This document shows, one piece after another, positions 13,048 through 24,350 of a DNA stretch of 64,000 nt (its first letter is position 1; each line of letters begins with the position of its first letter). Source of the DNA: Octopus vulgaris. Lineage: Eukaryota. Location: the NCBI GenBank assembly GCA_951406725.2, contig OX597827.1:43090001-43154000 (forward strand). Reading direction: 5' to 3'. The notes under the pieces were generated by a model that was given only the letters and a program-made list of their open reading frames with translations, searched no databases and was not told where the DNA came from. A program made the position numbers and the translations under genes.

Positions 13048-13674
13048 TATATATATATATATATATATATTTGTAGATTTAATTATGTGTCTATGTATTA
13101 ACCCATTTCAGGCTGACATGTGCGTGTTCACGTTACACACACGCAAACACACATACACATCCATACCATTTACACAGTTCCTCTCGACTCACATACACAC
13201 ACACACACACACACATACATTATCTGTGTCACATAGACTTTCTTTTCTTCGCACCCTCACACACATACACACAAAAACTTCACACTTTCTCTTATTTCAT
13301 TTGCACACACACACACACATACGCTTTATAGTTAATTGCACAGGTTTTCTGTTTCCTCTCACACACATATTCCTTATATCTTACACACACACACATACAT
13401 ACACACACGCACACACATACACACATTCTCTGTTCACACACACACAGTTCCATCCCCGTTTTTGTATATTACCCCCGCTGTCGTCCCCTCTTCCCTGCAA
13501 CGACCACCATCACCACCACCCCTGGTTACTTGCATTAACAACAACCGTTGCTTTGTATTCGCTAAATGCGCGCGCGTATCGTATACATTTGTACGCATGT
13601 AAAAGCATACATACATATCTATGAATAGATATCATTGTGTGTATAATTGCATCTATGTATATGTGTATCTGCAT

Positions 13675-13706
13675 CGTATATGTGTGTGTGTGTGTGTGTG
13701 TATATA

Positions 13707-13791
<85 letters not shown>

Positions 13792-13924
13792 GTGTGTGTG
13801 TGTGTATATATATGTGTGTGTGGGTGTGTATATATATATGTGTGTGTGTGGGTGTGTATATATATGTGTGTGTGTGTATATATATATGTGTGTGTGTATA
13901 TATATATATATGTGTATGTGTGTG

Positions 13925-13959
<35 letters not shown>

Positions 13960-13985
13960 GCGTGTGTGTATATATACATATATAT
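13675..13985. repeat. Long compound (TG)n/(TA)n microsatellite
   Basis: Directly visible. Representative of dozens of di-, tri- and tetranucleotide tracts in the window. Confidence 0.95.
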
Positions 13986-14737
13986 TTATGTGTGTGTATG
14001 TTTATGTGTGTATTGTATGTATGCATGTTAGCATATACAAAGTATATATTTGTTTGCTTGTTTGTATGTATATATATTATTATACAGTTACTGATGCGTG
14101 TGTGTGATTGTGTGTACGCCGTAACTTTCAATATGGGCGTGCGCACTCGCACATATATGAATGTAATGAATGCGTTTAAAAATGATAAGCGAGCACATGC
14201 ATGTATGAATGTGTGTGTGTGTTTGTGTTTGTGTGTGTGTATGTGTGTGTGTGTGTGTGTGTATTTTGTATGAAAAGATGTTTGTCTGGATATTAACTCA
14301 TCCGACACAGGCGCCACCAAAAATAATCAGACACCACTCATACAACACCTCATCACACCACTTTTTGTACTACCCCCCCTACACTTCACTCACGCACACA
14401 CACACACACACACACATGTACATATGTATATACCACCAACGGTGAAGCGCCATAAAAACTACTCACCTCCCCTTCCCAAAATAGTCTCTCTTTTTCTCTC
14501 TCTCTGTTACTTGTTGACCTGCTAGAAATAGTAGCCAAATCTCTTTCAAATCACACCCTAAAAGAAGGAAAGAAAGAAGGCTCCGTCGTAGAAATGTGGT
14601 TCTAGATACACCACCAGAATGAAATATAAATGCGATGGTCCAGGTTGGATGGCTGGTGTCTGTTCATAGTCTACTGGATTGAGCCAGATTTTCAAGGCTG
14701 AAAGAGCAATATTTATCTCTTGCCCACGGGATCAATA

Positions 14738-14936
14738 AAGGGATTAAGTCGATTACAGACAAGGAATTAAGTCGATTACATTGACCCCAGTGCGTAACTG
14801 GTACTTATTTAATTGACCCCCAAAAAGATGAAAGGCAAATTCGACCTCAGCAGAATTTGAATTCAGAACGAAATACCGGTAGCAGAAGTACCACTAAGCG
14901 TTTTGGCCAGCGTGCTAACAATTCTGCCAGCTTGCT
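14738..14936 (-). mobile_element. SINE family A
   Basis: Reverse complement of family A with partial CpG decay. Confidence 0.8.
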
Positions 14937-14948
14937 GAAATTTTGAAC

Positions 14949-15195
14949 CACGGGCATATGGCATAGTGGCTAAGAGCGCGGGCTACTAACCCCAAGATTC
15001 CGAGTTCAATTCCAGGCAATGACCTGAATAATAATAATAATAATAACAATAACATTGAAAAATACCTTAGGAATGAGAACCCAGGTTTTAAATTTCCCTA
15101 AGACACCTGATGAAGGCTGGAGGGTGTATCAGCCGAAACGTTGAGTTAACAACAAACAAGATGTGGACAAATATCCGTCAAATGTAAATAATGTA
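14949..15195 (+). mobile_element. tRNA-headed SINE-like element with internal (AAT)n and a 3' hammerhead ribozyme motif
   Basis: A-box TGGCATAGTGG (14959-14969), anticodon-like arm GGG-CTACTAA-CCC (14980-14992), B-box GAGTTCAATTCC (15002-15013), then (AAT)n and a hammerhead at 15103-15146. Confidence 0.7.
15103..15146 (+). ncRNA. Minimal hammerhead ribozyme motif with palindromic stem III
   Basis: ACAC-CTGATGA-a-GGCTGG(agggtgta)TCAGCC-GAAAC-GTT^GAGT. AACGTT is self-complementary. Stem I has one mismatch. Confidence 0.68.
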
Positions 15196-15840
15196 AAGGA
15201 GACTGAAGTCATGATCCCTGCATGATCGTATCGTTGGGTGATGTACTTCTAGATACACTGTGTCTCAGTAAAAGTCTGCTTGGTCATGGCCGGAACGCCT
15301 TTAGTTATTCGTAGGCCTGGAGTACTAACGAAAACAGAACCAAATGACTTACACTGTCAGACAAACCCAGTAGCGATGAAGATGATGATGATGATGACGG
15401 TGGGGGTAGTGGTTGCAGTGGTGGTGGTGGTGATGGTGTCTGTTATTGCTCTGATTCCTTTTCGCCATTCCGGCTCCATCCTTATCACAATGTCATTTTT
15501 ACACCATCAAAGCACTTGAAAGTATAAGAACAGAAAAAATCTTAATGTATAGTTTTGCTGTATAGTTTTGTTTTATGTGTGCGTATTCTTTGAGTGTGTA
15601 TAATCTATCATCATCATCGTCTTCACCATCATTGTCATTGTCCTCATTTAACGTCCACTTCTCCACATTTGCTTTGGTCTGACAGGATTTGTTGAGGTAG
15701 ATTTCCTACTGCCAAATGCCTTTCCTGTCGCCTGCCCTCACCTCTTTGCAAGTGATGTTAAATTTTCACTTGGTCAGGCAGGTTTTCCGCAGGAGACTGG
15801 AAATAACAAACATCACTTCTATGATAGTGATGCTTATTTG

Positions 15841-16040
15841 CAACCATCGAGTCAAGATCACACAGAAACCATCGAGTCAAGGTTACACAGAAACCATCGA
15901 GTCAAGGTTACACACAAACCATCGAGTCAAGGTTACACACAAACCATTGAGTCAAGGTAACACAAAAACCATCGAGTCAAGGTTACACACAAACCATCGA
16001 GTCAAAATAACCCACAAACCATCAAGTCAAGATAACACAC
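15841..16040. repeat. Minisatellite, 8 x 25 bp (AAACCATCGAGTCAAGGTTACACAC)
   Basis: Units counted directly at 25-bp spacing from 15841. Confidence 0.95.
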
Positions 16041-18224
16041 AAGCCATTCTCGTATGTAATGTGTGTGTGCACATTCAAACGCATGGGCATGGCCAACTAA
16101 TTAACAAGTTACCTTCACAATCCTGATACCTTGATATGTACTGGGGTCAATTTGATTAGCCAAACACTCCAAGGTGGTGCCCCAGCATGGCCACAGTCCA
16201 ATGAGTGAAGCAAGTAAAAAAAATAAAAGAATGCACACAGCATTGTGAAACAGTTGAGTGCTTTCAAACACCACCCTTTTACCTCATATTTCAACATTTT
16301 ATTGTTAAAAAGCCTTGTTTATCAAGAAAAAAATGATTTATACAAATATGAGTGGAATATGTAGTTCAGGAAGTACTGCATGTGCAGACTGAAGATAGTG
16401 TTATATTAGCTTATATAACGGCTCTTATCTATTGTTGGTAGAAGGATTTTATTTGTCAATAAAAATAGCCTCCTTAATCCTGAAGTTTCCTATATTCCAG
16501 TCTATTGTTGTTTTGATGATGCCTGTAATAAATCCTTGTCATGACATTTCTCAGGATGTTTTTTTTAATGGGAGGAACATTTGTAGGTTTAGCCTTCTTT
16601 AATTCATATATAATAAATGTGCTAGATCCTCCATCAGGAGCACAGCTGGCACATTGCACTTCAAAGCAGCTGGTCACAAACTATGGTTGTTGTGCTTATT
16701 TTTCTTGGCAGAGGTGGCATTTTGTATATTGTCTCATGTACAATCATTTGTCGATGATTTATTTTTCATATTTCTCTTCACATTGCATTTAAAGAAAATA
16801 TGAAGATAGGAATGATGATGATGTTTAGTTCCAAGTTTACTCTAAGTGAGCAGGTTCACAATCACAATACTTGCACCTCCTTCACTCCCCTCAGGTTGGG
16901 CAACCGTATATTTTCTTTGCAGTAGCACACCTGCCTTGGTCTTCATTCCTGATCTTTCTCTCTCTGGCTGGGTAACCTTGTACTTCTTCTACAGCAAGAT
17001 ACCTGTATCTGTCTCACTATAACCTTTTCATCATCACCTCCTCCAATGCCTCTTCCCTTCTTAAAAGTATTGTCTTGCAAGTACTTGGTGACCCTGTCAG
17101 TGCAGGTGCCACTTAAAAGTACCCAGTCCACACTGTAAAGTGGTTGGTGTTAAGAAGGGCATCCAGCTGTAAAAACCTTGCCAAAACTGACCTCGCCTGT
17201 GCTTGTGCCACATGAAAAGCTTTAAGTCCACTCTGCTGGGTGGTTGGTGTTAGGAAGGGCATCCAGCTGTAAAAATCCTGCCAAAACAGTCGCAGAAGTC
17301 TGGTGCTGGCTTCAGCCTGGCCAGTTTTGTGGTACTGTCCCACCCTCACCAGCATGGAACATGGATATTAAATAATGATGATGATGATGTATAAGATGGG
17401 CATCTGTGACTACACTGACCAATATTTTCTTTCCCTCATTCTAAATGGTAACTGTTGAGCGTGTGATCTGCAAGGAATCTAGCTGCTATTCCTTGCAGGT
17501 CTTTACAGCCTTGTTATTGATTCCACATTGGGTCAATCAAGTTTGAAGACAGTCAATGGTAGGAAAATGGTATCTGAATATTGATCTTGGTCAAATCCTG
17601 TCATTTAATCACGTTATGTTCTGACTTCAGATATTCTAGTTATCCATGTTTGTCCCAAACTTTTAGGGTGGCCATACATGTCTGCTGGGGTCCCAATTGG
17701 TGGACTATAGATCTTACATATATGGGTTCCGTTTGGATTTGGGTTTATGCTTTTGGGGCAAGTGTTGTCTTTGATCTGATTTAGGGTAATGATGTCGTAA
17801 CATTTAACACCTTAGGCAGTTAAGCCTGCTGGATCTGGCCTAAATTTTCTGCCTTCTTTATGTTCATTCAAACCAATGAGATCTAGCCCCTCACCCCTAC
17901 CCTACTATGTCATTCTAAAAATAATTACATTGAAATCATAAAGTTATGAGATGTTGCATGATTTATTCAAAACAATGTGAATAAATAAGTATTACACATG
18001 TCTCCATCACAAAATTTTATGTATATAATGGATAAACTGTTGCCGTGTTATATTATTAATTTCATGCATGTGCATTGTTTGCTTTTGATTTTGTCGACTA
18101 CACAGTATAGTAGGGTCAGTTGGGCACCGTCTGTGAGAAAAACAGCACCATGATGCAATACACTCTGCCAGAAATTTGGAAACAACATACTGTACTGCTT
18201 GTCATTCACACTGGGTCTCCAATA

Positions 18225-18512
18225 GCCCTTCCTAATGCCAACGACTTCAAGAGTGTAGCGCATACTTTTATGTGCCACCGACATGAAAGCCAGTCAAGCA
18301 GCACTGGCATTGGTCACGCTCAAATGGTGCTTTTTACATGCCACGAGCATTGGGTGCCAGTCAGGTAGCACTGGCATTGGCCACGCTTGAATGGTGCTTT
18401 TTACATGCCACTGGCATGGGTGCCAGTCAGGTGGCACTGGCGTTTGCCACGCTCTAATGGTGCTTTTTACGTGACACCAACATAAATGCCAGTCAGGCAG
18501 CTCTGGCATTGG
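18225..18512 (-). mobile_element. SINE family D fragment with internal ~64-bp tandem repeats
   Basis: Repeated gcactggcattggccacgctcgaatggtgctttttacatgcca... units adjoining gcccttcctaatgccaac. Confidence 0.75.
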
Positions 18513-18552
18513 CTATATATATATATATGTGTGTGTGTGTGTATTTATATAG

Positions 18553-18818
18553 TGAAGGGGTGTGGCTTAATGGTTAGGGTATTTGGCTTTCATTCCTAAG
18601 GTCACAAGTTCGATTCCTGATGGTGTTTTATGTGAGTAGTACCTGTATTTCAAAGGGCCAGACTTGTCGTATTCTGTGCCATGCTGAATCTTCCTGAGAA
18701 CTACATTAAGGGCACACATATCTGTGGAATGCTCAGCTTTTAATTTCACAGGGGGTGGGGTGGCTGTTCCATTGATTTGATCAACTGGAACTCTTGACAT
18801 TGTAAGCGATGGAGTGTC
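18553..18818 (+). mobile_element. SINE family C
   Basis: tRNA-like head (gtggcttaatggttaggg...agttcgattcc) and the body shared with 5050-5220. Confidence 0.8.
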
Positions 18819-18822
18819 AATA

Positions 18823-18855
<33 letters not shown>

Positions 18856-19070
18856 CTCCATCGGTTATAATGTTCAGGGTTCCATTTGATCCGATTAATG
18901 GAACAGCTTGCTCATGAAATTAACATGCATGTGGCTGACTGAGCACTCCACAGACACTAGTACCCTTAACATAGTTCTGAGGGAGATTCAGCATGCGACA
19001 GAGTGTGACAAGGCCGGCCCTTTGAAATACAGGTACTACTCATTTTTGCCCGCTGAGTGAACTGGAGTAA
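18856..19070 (-). mobile_element. SINE family C, inverted relative to the preceding copy
   Basis: Reverse complement of the same body (cccttaacatagttct...tttgaaatacaggtact). Confidence 0.8.
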
Positions 19071-19835
19071 CGTAGCCGAGCTGGAACAATCCCTCACTTC
19101 AGCAGATTTCATTTGACCCATGCAAACATGAAAGTTGACATTAAAGGATGATGGTAACAATGTGTGTGAGTGTGTGTGTGTGTGTATGCATACACACACA
19201 TACACACATATATACACACATATATATTATTGTAGTTTATTGTTTTAAAAAATGGCATTCGTGAGGCACAGTGCATTCATGCATTGAGCACATGCTATGC
19301 TGTTCAAGGTGAACAATCAGTGCACATTGACAATTGATGCCATGGTCGGTGTCACTGTGACCCTGCATGTATAATTATAACGACGGCGGGTGCACTTAGG
19401 TCTTGTGATGTGTTTTAATTGTCAATAGCTGTCGTTGTTGTTATTGTTCTAGTTTGCGGTGTGATGTGTTATGTCGCAGTGGATAAGGATGTGTAGAGGA
19501 AAGAGATTACAATATAAACAAACAAACAGAAAAAAAAATGATGAATTAAATTAAACAAAGATGAAAATCAAATGAAATTTTTAAAATAGAAGCGAGAAGT
19601 TCGTTAAACCAATGTAAACTAATATATAAATATATAAAATAAAACTATGCAGTGTTTTCTTTGTCATGGTATATTTGTTTATTCTCGAAAGCCTGTCTAT
19701 TTATCTGACTGCTTATCTCTAGATATGCATGTGTCTGTGTATATATATATATCTCTCTATATATATATACAATGTGTGTGTTTGTGTATACGTACACAGA
19801 ACATCAGAACATGTGAGCTTATATATGTATATATA

Positions 19836-19887
<52 letters not shown>

Positions 19888-19891
19888 TATA

Positions 19892-19923
<32 letters not shown>

Positions 19924-19924
<1 letters not shown>

Positions 19925-20090
19925 TGATAAAAATGGTATGACAACAAAAGAATGATTGAGACCTCGATATTATGCAAATAGAGGAATTTATCTGTAATAT
20001 GATATGTGACAATTATTCGGTAGCCATGATAAAACTGAGTTTCGGATGTTGGGGTGGAAATCTGCTCTGGCATCTTGTCAGTTATTAGGA
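19924..20090 (-). mobile_element. Penelope-like terminal-repeat remnant with decayed hammerhead motif (20029-20086)
   Basis: Minus strand reads AATAA-CTGACAA-GATGcc(...)aaCATC-c-GAAAC(tca)GTT^TTAT. The element runs into a (TA)n tract. Confidence 0.6.
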
Positions 20091-20317
20091 CAACGAAAAA
20101 TCCACCCATGCCAAACCACATAAAAATTGCCCTTGCCAGGGCCACGTAAAGGCACCCAGCACACTCTGTAAAGTGGTTGGCATTAGGAAGGGCACCCAGC
20201 TGTAGAAACCAAGCTGAATCAAACTGGGGCCTGGTGCAGCTCTATATTCACTTTATATCTACAGAAGATTTATCTCTATATCTATGAAAAGATGTTGGCT
20301 TCAAGTTAAATCAAAAT

Positions 20318-20499
20318 ACAGGAGGGTCTGTTAATTATGACTTTACTCAACATATTCTCCCCTCAGATTCACACACTTATTGTAGCAGTCTTTCAGTTTT
20401 TCTAAGCCCCGTAAAAGAAGGTAAACTTGGAAGGTTAGGCCTCTAACCAGGCCTTGCGCGATGCCCTTAAAACCAGGAACTTTTCAGCACCCCTTTGTA
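20318..20499 (-). mobile_element. mariner-derived deletion remnant / MITE
   Basis: Minus strand encodes LRGLEKLKDCYNKCVNLRGEYVE* (20343-20414), matching the mariner transposase C-terminus. It is joined to a mariner-type end (tacaaaggggtgctgaaaagttcctgg). Confidence 0.75.
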
Positions 20500-20614
20500 T
20501 AAAAGAAAATGCATTGATATTGTATTTCTGTATTTCATTTTAGTTATGTTTTAAAAAATACTAATATTCTTCATTTTCTTTTTTCTCCTTTTTCCCCGTG
20601 CTCTGCATTGACAG

Positions 20615-20705
20615 AGGCTGAACATGGGTACGCTGCCCCAGCAACACATATTCCTGATGATATTACAAAACGGAGACCTAAATCGAAGAAATCGCAAGGA
20701 AATCG
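20615..20705 (+). CDS. MXD: Internal coding exon (exon 2 equivalent) of a Max dimerization protein / Mad / MXI1-family bHLH-ZIP repressor
   Basis: Pyrimidine tract plus ACAG acceptor ending at 20614. The 91-nt exon (phase 1 to phase 2) reads (g)AG GCT GAA CAT GGG TAC... = EAEHGYAAPATHIPDDITKRRPKSKKSQGN(R), followed by a GTAAGT donor at 20706. EAEHGY is the family signature directly after the Sin3-interaction domain. It splices in frame to 49424. Confidence 0.93.
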
Positions 20706-21281
20706 GTAAGTCGTCTTTGATCCTTAATCTTAAATAATGCCTCATTATATATATGTTTTTTTTAAAACATGTGTGTGTCAATGCATGCCTGCAAGTTATT
20801 GTTGTTGTTCTTCTTTAACCTTGGATGAGGTCTGTTTGTGCAGATATATATATGATCAAATGTGTTGCAACTGTGAATGTTATAGTCTTATATATTCAAG
20901 GCAACATTGCCCTATGTATCTATCCTTCCTTCCTGGATGTTAAATTTTGGAGGGTGGCTTAGCTGCTATTTCTTGTGGAGCAAGCTACTACAAGCATAAT
21001 ATCAGTTAATCAAAGCATTTTGCATTTTCAGTACTCAGTGCTCCGTGTCACTAGTTTTCGCCCTGTCTTTGCGATATGCTGGTTGCTCTCATGTTGAAGC
21101 AATTGCAGTTAATATTCTTTTACTGATGAAGTCTAACAAGGCTGAAACATGTCTTGTTTCGACCATTTTATCTTATTTATTGCATGGCTGGAAATTTTAA
21201 TAAGCCTTATTCTGATTATCTTGAATTTAATCTTTGGCCAGCAGTTTGAAGCTTGGAACCATAGTGTATTTGTGTGTGTGT

Positions 21282-21340
<59 letters not shown>

Positions 21341-21807
21341 TTTGTATGTTTGTATGCATGTGTATACGTGTGTATGTGTGTATTCATACATATATATATA
21401 CATACACACACAAGCACACCCACACCCACACACATAAAGTATGAGGGGTATATATACACGCGTATGTGTGTGTATGAGTATACATATGTGAATATGTGTA
21501 TGGATATGTAAATGCAGAGAGGGAGGGAGGAAGAGAGAGAGAGAGAGAGACAGAGAGATAGACAAAGAGAAAGAAGTGTGTGTGTTTGTATATGTGTATG
21601 TGTGTGTGTATGAGAAGTAGTAAATTGAGTGCAAGGATGCAAGAATGCGTGACTGATATAATGGTGTTGTTGTTGTTGGTGGTAGTGGTGGTGGTGGTGG
21701 CGGTGGCGGTGGTAGTAGAACTGTGTGTGTGTGGATTGTGGTGAGAGCTATTTTTATACTTAGCTAGTGTGTTACTACTGAACAGAGTGGGGTGGATCAC
21801 TGCTTAT

Positions 21808-21854
<47 letters not shown>

Positions 21855-22411
21855 TTCTCCTTGATCCCCCCCTCTGTGTCTCACTCTCTCTCTCTTTCTC
21901 TCTCTCTCATCTGTCTCTGGTGAGAACTGGGTTAATTAGGATCTGAGTGAGCGGGCTTGTGGTGGTAGTGGCGGTGGTGGTGGTGGGGGGGGAGGCTGTC
22001 ATTGGAAAGGTTTGTGTCCTTGATGATGGTGGTGGTGGTGGTGGTGGTGGTGGTGATTGCGGTGGGGTGGCTCGTCAGTTGGTTGGTTGGTTGGTTGGTT
22101 GGTTGGCTGGTTGGGAATAATTATGAAGTTGTTTATTAGTTCTTTTGGTTGAGCTTAGTGATGGAAGCTGCGGTTAATGGTGCTGAGAGTGGTGGTGGTG
22201 GTGGTGGTGGTGGTGGCGGCGGCGGCTGTAGTGGTGGTTATGGTGGTAGTGGTGGTGGTGGTGGTCACAGTGGTAGCTGCAGTATTCGCAGTGGTTGTGG
22301 TGGTGACGGTAGTGGCAGTGGTTGTGGTTTGTGCGGTAGCTGTAATGAACGTGGATGTGGTGACAGTCACAGTGGTTGTGACAATGGTAGCAGCAGTGTT
22401 AATATTAGCAC

Positions 22412-22888
22412 TGGTGGTGCTGGTGCTGGTGGTGGTGGTACTAGTAGTGGTGGTGCTGGTGCTGGTGGTTGGTGGTAGTGAAGGTTGGTGGTGGTGGTAC
22501 TGGTGCTGGTGGTTGGTGGTAGTGAGGGTTGGTGGTGGTGGTGGTGGTGCTGGTGGTACTGGTGGTGGTGCTAGTGGTGGTACTGGTGCTGGTGGTTGGT
22601 GGTAGTGAGGGTTGGTGGTGGTGGTGCTGGTGGTGGTGCTAGTGGTAGTACTGGTGCTGGTGGTTGGTGGTAGTGAGGGTTGGTGGTGGTGGTGGTGGTG
22701 GTGCTAGTGGTGGTACTGGTGCTGGTGGTTGGTGGTAGTGAGGGTTGTTGTTGGTGGTGGTGGTGGTGCTAGTGGTAGTACTGGTGCTGGTGGTTGGTGG
22801 TAGTGAGGGTTGGTGGTGGAGGTGGTGCTGGTGGTGGTGCTAGTGGTGGTACTGGTGCTGGTGGTTGGTGGTAGTGAGGGTTGGTGGT
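22412..22888. repeat. Higher-order G-rich minisatellite (~60-bp units built from GGT)
   Basis: About 7 recurrences of ...ACTGGTGCTGGTGGTTGGTGGTAGTGAGGGTT(GGT)n with a variable GGT count. Confidence 0.9.
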
Positions 22889-23396
22889 GGTGATGGTGGT
22901 GATATAGGACATGGTTTTGGCAATCTGGGTAATGGTGGTGGTGGTGGTGGGTGGCGGTGTTTGTTGGTAGGTATTTTTTGGTGATAGTAGTAGCATTGGT
23001 GGTGCTGGTGACGGGTGTTAGCAGTAGTGGTGTGGAGCAGTGGTTTTTTAGCAGTTGAGTTGTGTGTTAGTGTGTGTGTGTGTGTGTGGTTTATGCCGTC
23101 GTATGCAATTACATACGTGTGCAACAAAAGCAAACTGCACAGCTGCAGTGTGCGTGCACGTTGACAAAAATGTCAAGATCTTAGTGTTTAGTGAAACATG
23201 TTTAGTGTATCATATCCAATATCCCTCATACTCTCTCTGTCTCTCCCTCTTCCTCTCTATCTCTCTCTCTCTCTTCCTCTTTATTTCTCCTTTCTCTCCT
23301 TCTTACATGCCTCCCCCCCCGCTTTCTCTCCCACGCTCTCCCCTCCACTGTTCTCTCTCTCTCACACCCTTCTGTCTACCTCAGTGTTATGCACAA

Positions 23397-23428
<32 letters not shown>

Positions 23429-23504
23429 CTTCTTTGTCTTATGCTCTCTCCCTTTCTGTTCTCTTTCACAGCCTCTTTCTCTCTCTCACCTCTCTACCTC
23501 TGTT

Positions 23505-23554
<50 letters not shown>

Positions 23555-23631
23555 ACTCCCTTCTTACACACACCCTCTTTGTCTCATACTCTCTCCCTCT
23601 CCTGTCATACATCTTTCTCTCTCTCTCTCTA

Positions 23632-23662
<31 letters not shown>

Positions 23663-23705
23663 GTCTATCTCTCCCACCTTTCTCTCTACCTCTGTTTCAA
23701 GCACA

Positions 23706-23748
<43 letters not shown>

Positions 23749-24063
23749 TCTCCCTCCCTCCCCTATTTCGTCTTACTGGAATTTGAATCCAGCCATCAGA
23801 TAAACCCTGCTCATGTAGATATATGATCAAAAGCATTCCAGCCAAGCTGATCCTTCCTTACATTTTAGGGTTTCTCTGTTAGGCCCACCTTACTCTATAA
23901 TGATGGTGGATTGACAAAATTGTTAAGAGTGTTAAACAAAATGACTTCTGGTATTTGTTTATGGCTCCTTACCATCTGAACTCAAATCTCACTGAGTTCA
24001 AATTTGCCCTTCCTTTTGCCAATGTCAGTAGAATATGAACTAATAAAGAACTGGTTTATTTAA

Positions 24064-24281
24064 CCCTTTAGTGTTCAGATTATTCTATCAAACATAATGC
24101 TTATTGATTCCCATTGATTTGAATTAATCATGCATTATCCCATATCTTCAAGATCTTGATGGTGTAATTACTTAATGTAGAATAACATTGTAGGTAGGTG
24201 TGAGAGCCTGGATCTGGTCAGTTTGAACATAAAAGAGATTAGCTATTTTGGCCGGATATGGCCGGTTTAAATACTAAAGGG
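24064..24281. mobile_element. piggyBac-type MITE (218 bp)
   Basis: TTAA|CCCTTTAG...CTAAAGGG|TTAA: terminal inverted repeats with TTAA duplication (24060-24063, 24282-24285). Partial relatives occur near 17805, 24410, 34287 and 55411. Confidence 0.82.
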
Positions 24282-24298
24282 TTAATCATCTAATGAAC

Positions 24299-24350
24299 TG
24301 TGCCATTCTGCAAGAATGTGCCATTCTGCAAGAATGTGCCATTCTGCAAG
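24299..24350. repeat. Tandem repeat, ~3 x 18 bp (TGTGCCATTCTGCAAGAA)
   Basis: Directly visible. Confidence 0.9.

Noticed and set aside
15841-16040. CRISPR-like array
   Set aside because: Contiguous tandem units without unique spacers, in a eukaryotic context with no cas genes. The same applies to 60271-60543.
22149-22605. Gly/Ser/Cys-rich ORF resembling a structural protein
   Set aside because: It is a decayed (GGT)n tract, open in several frames on both strands, with no splice or start context.
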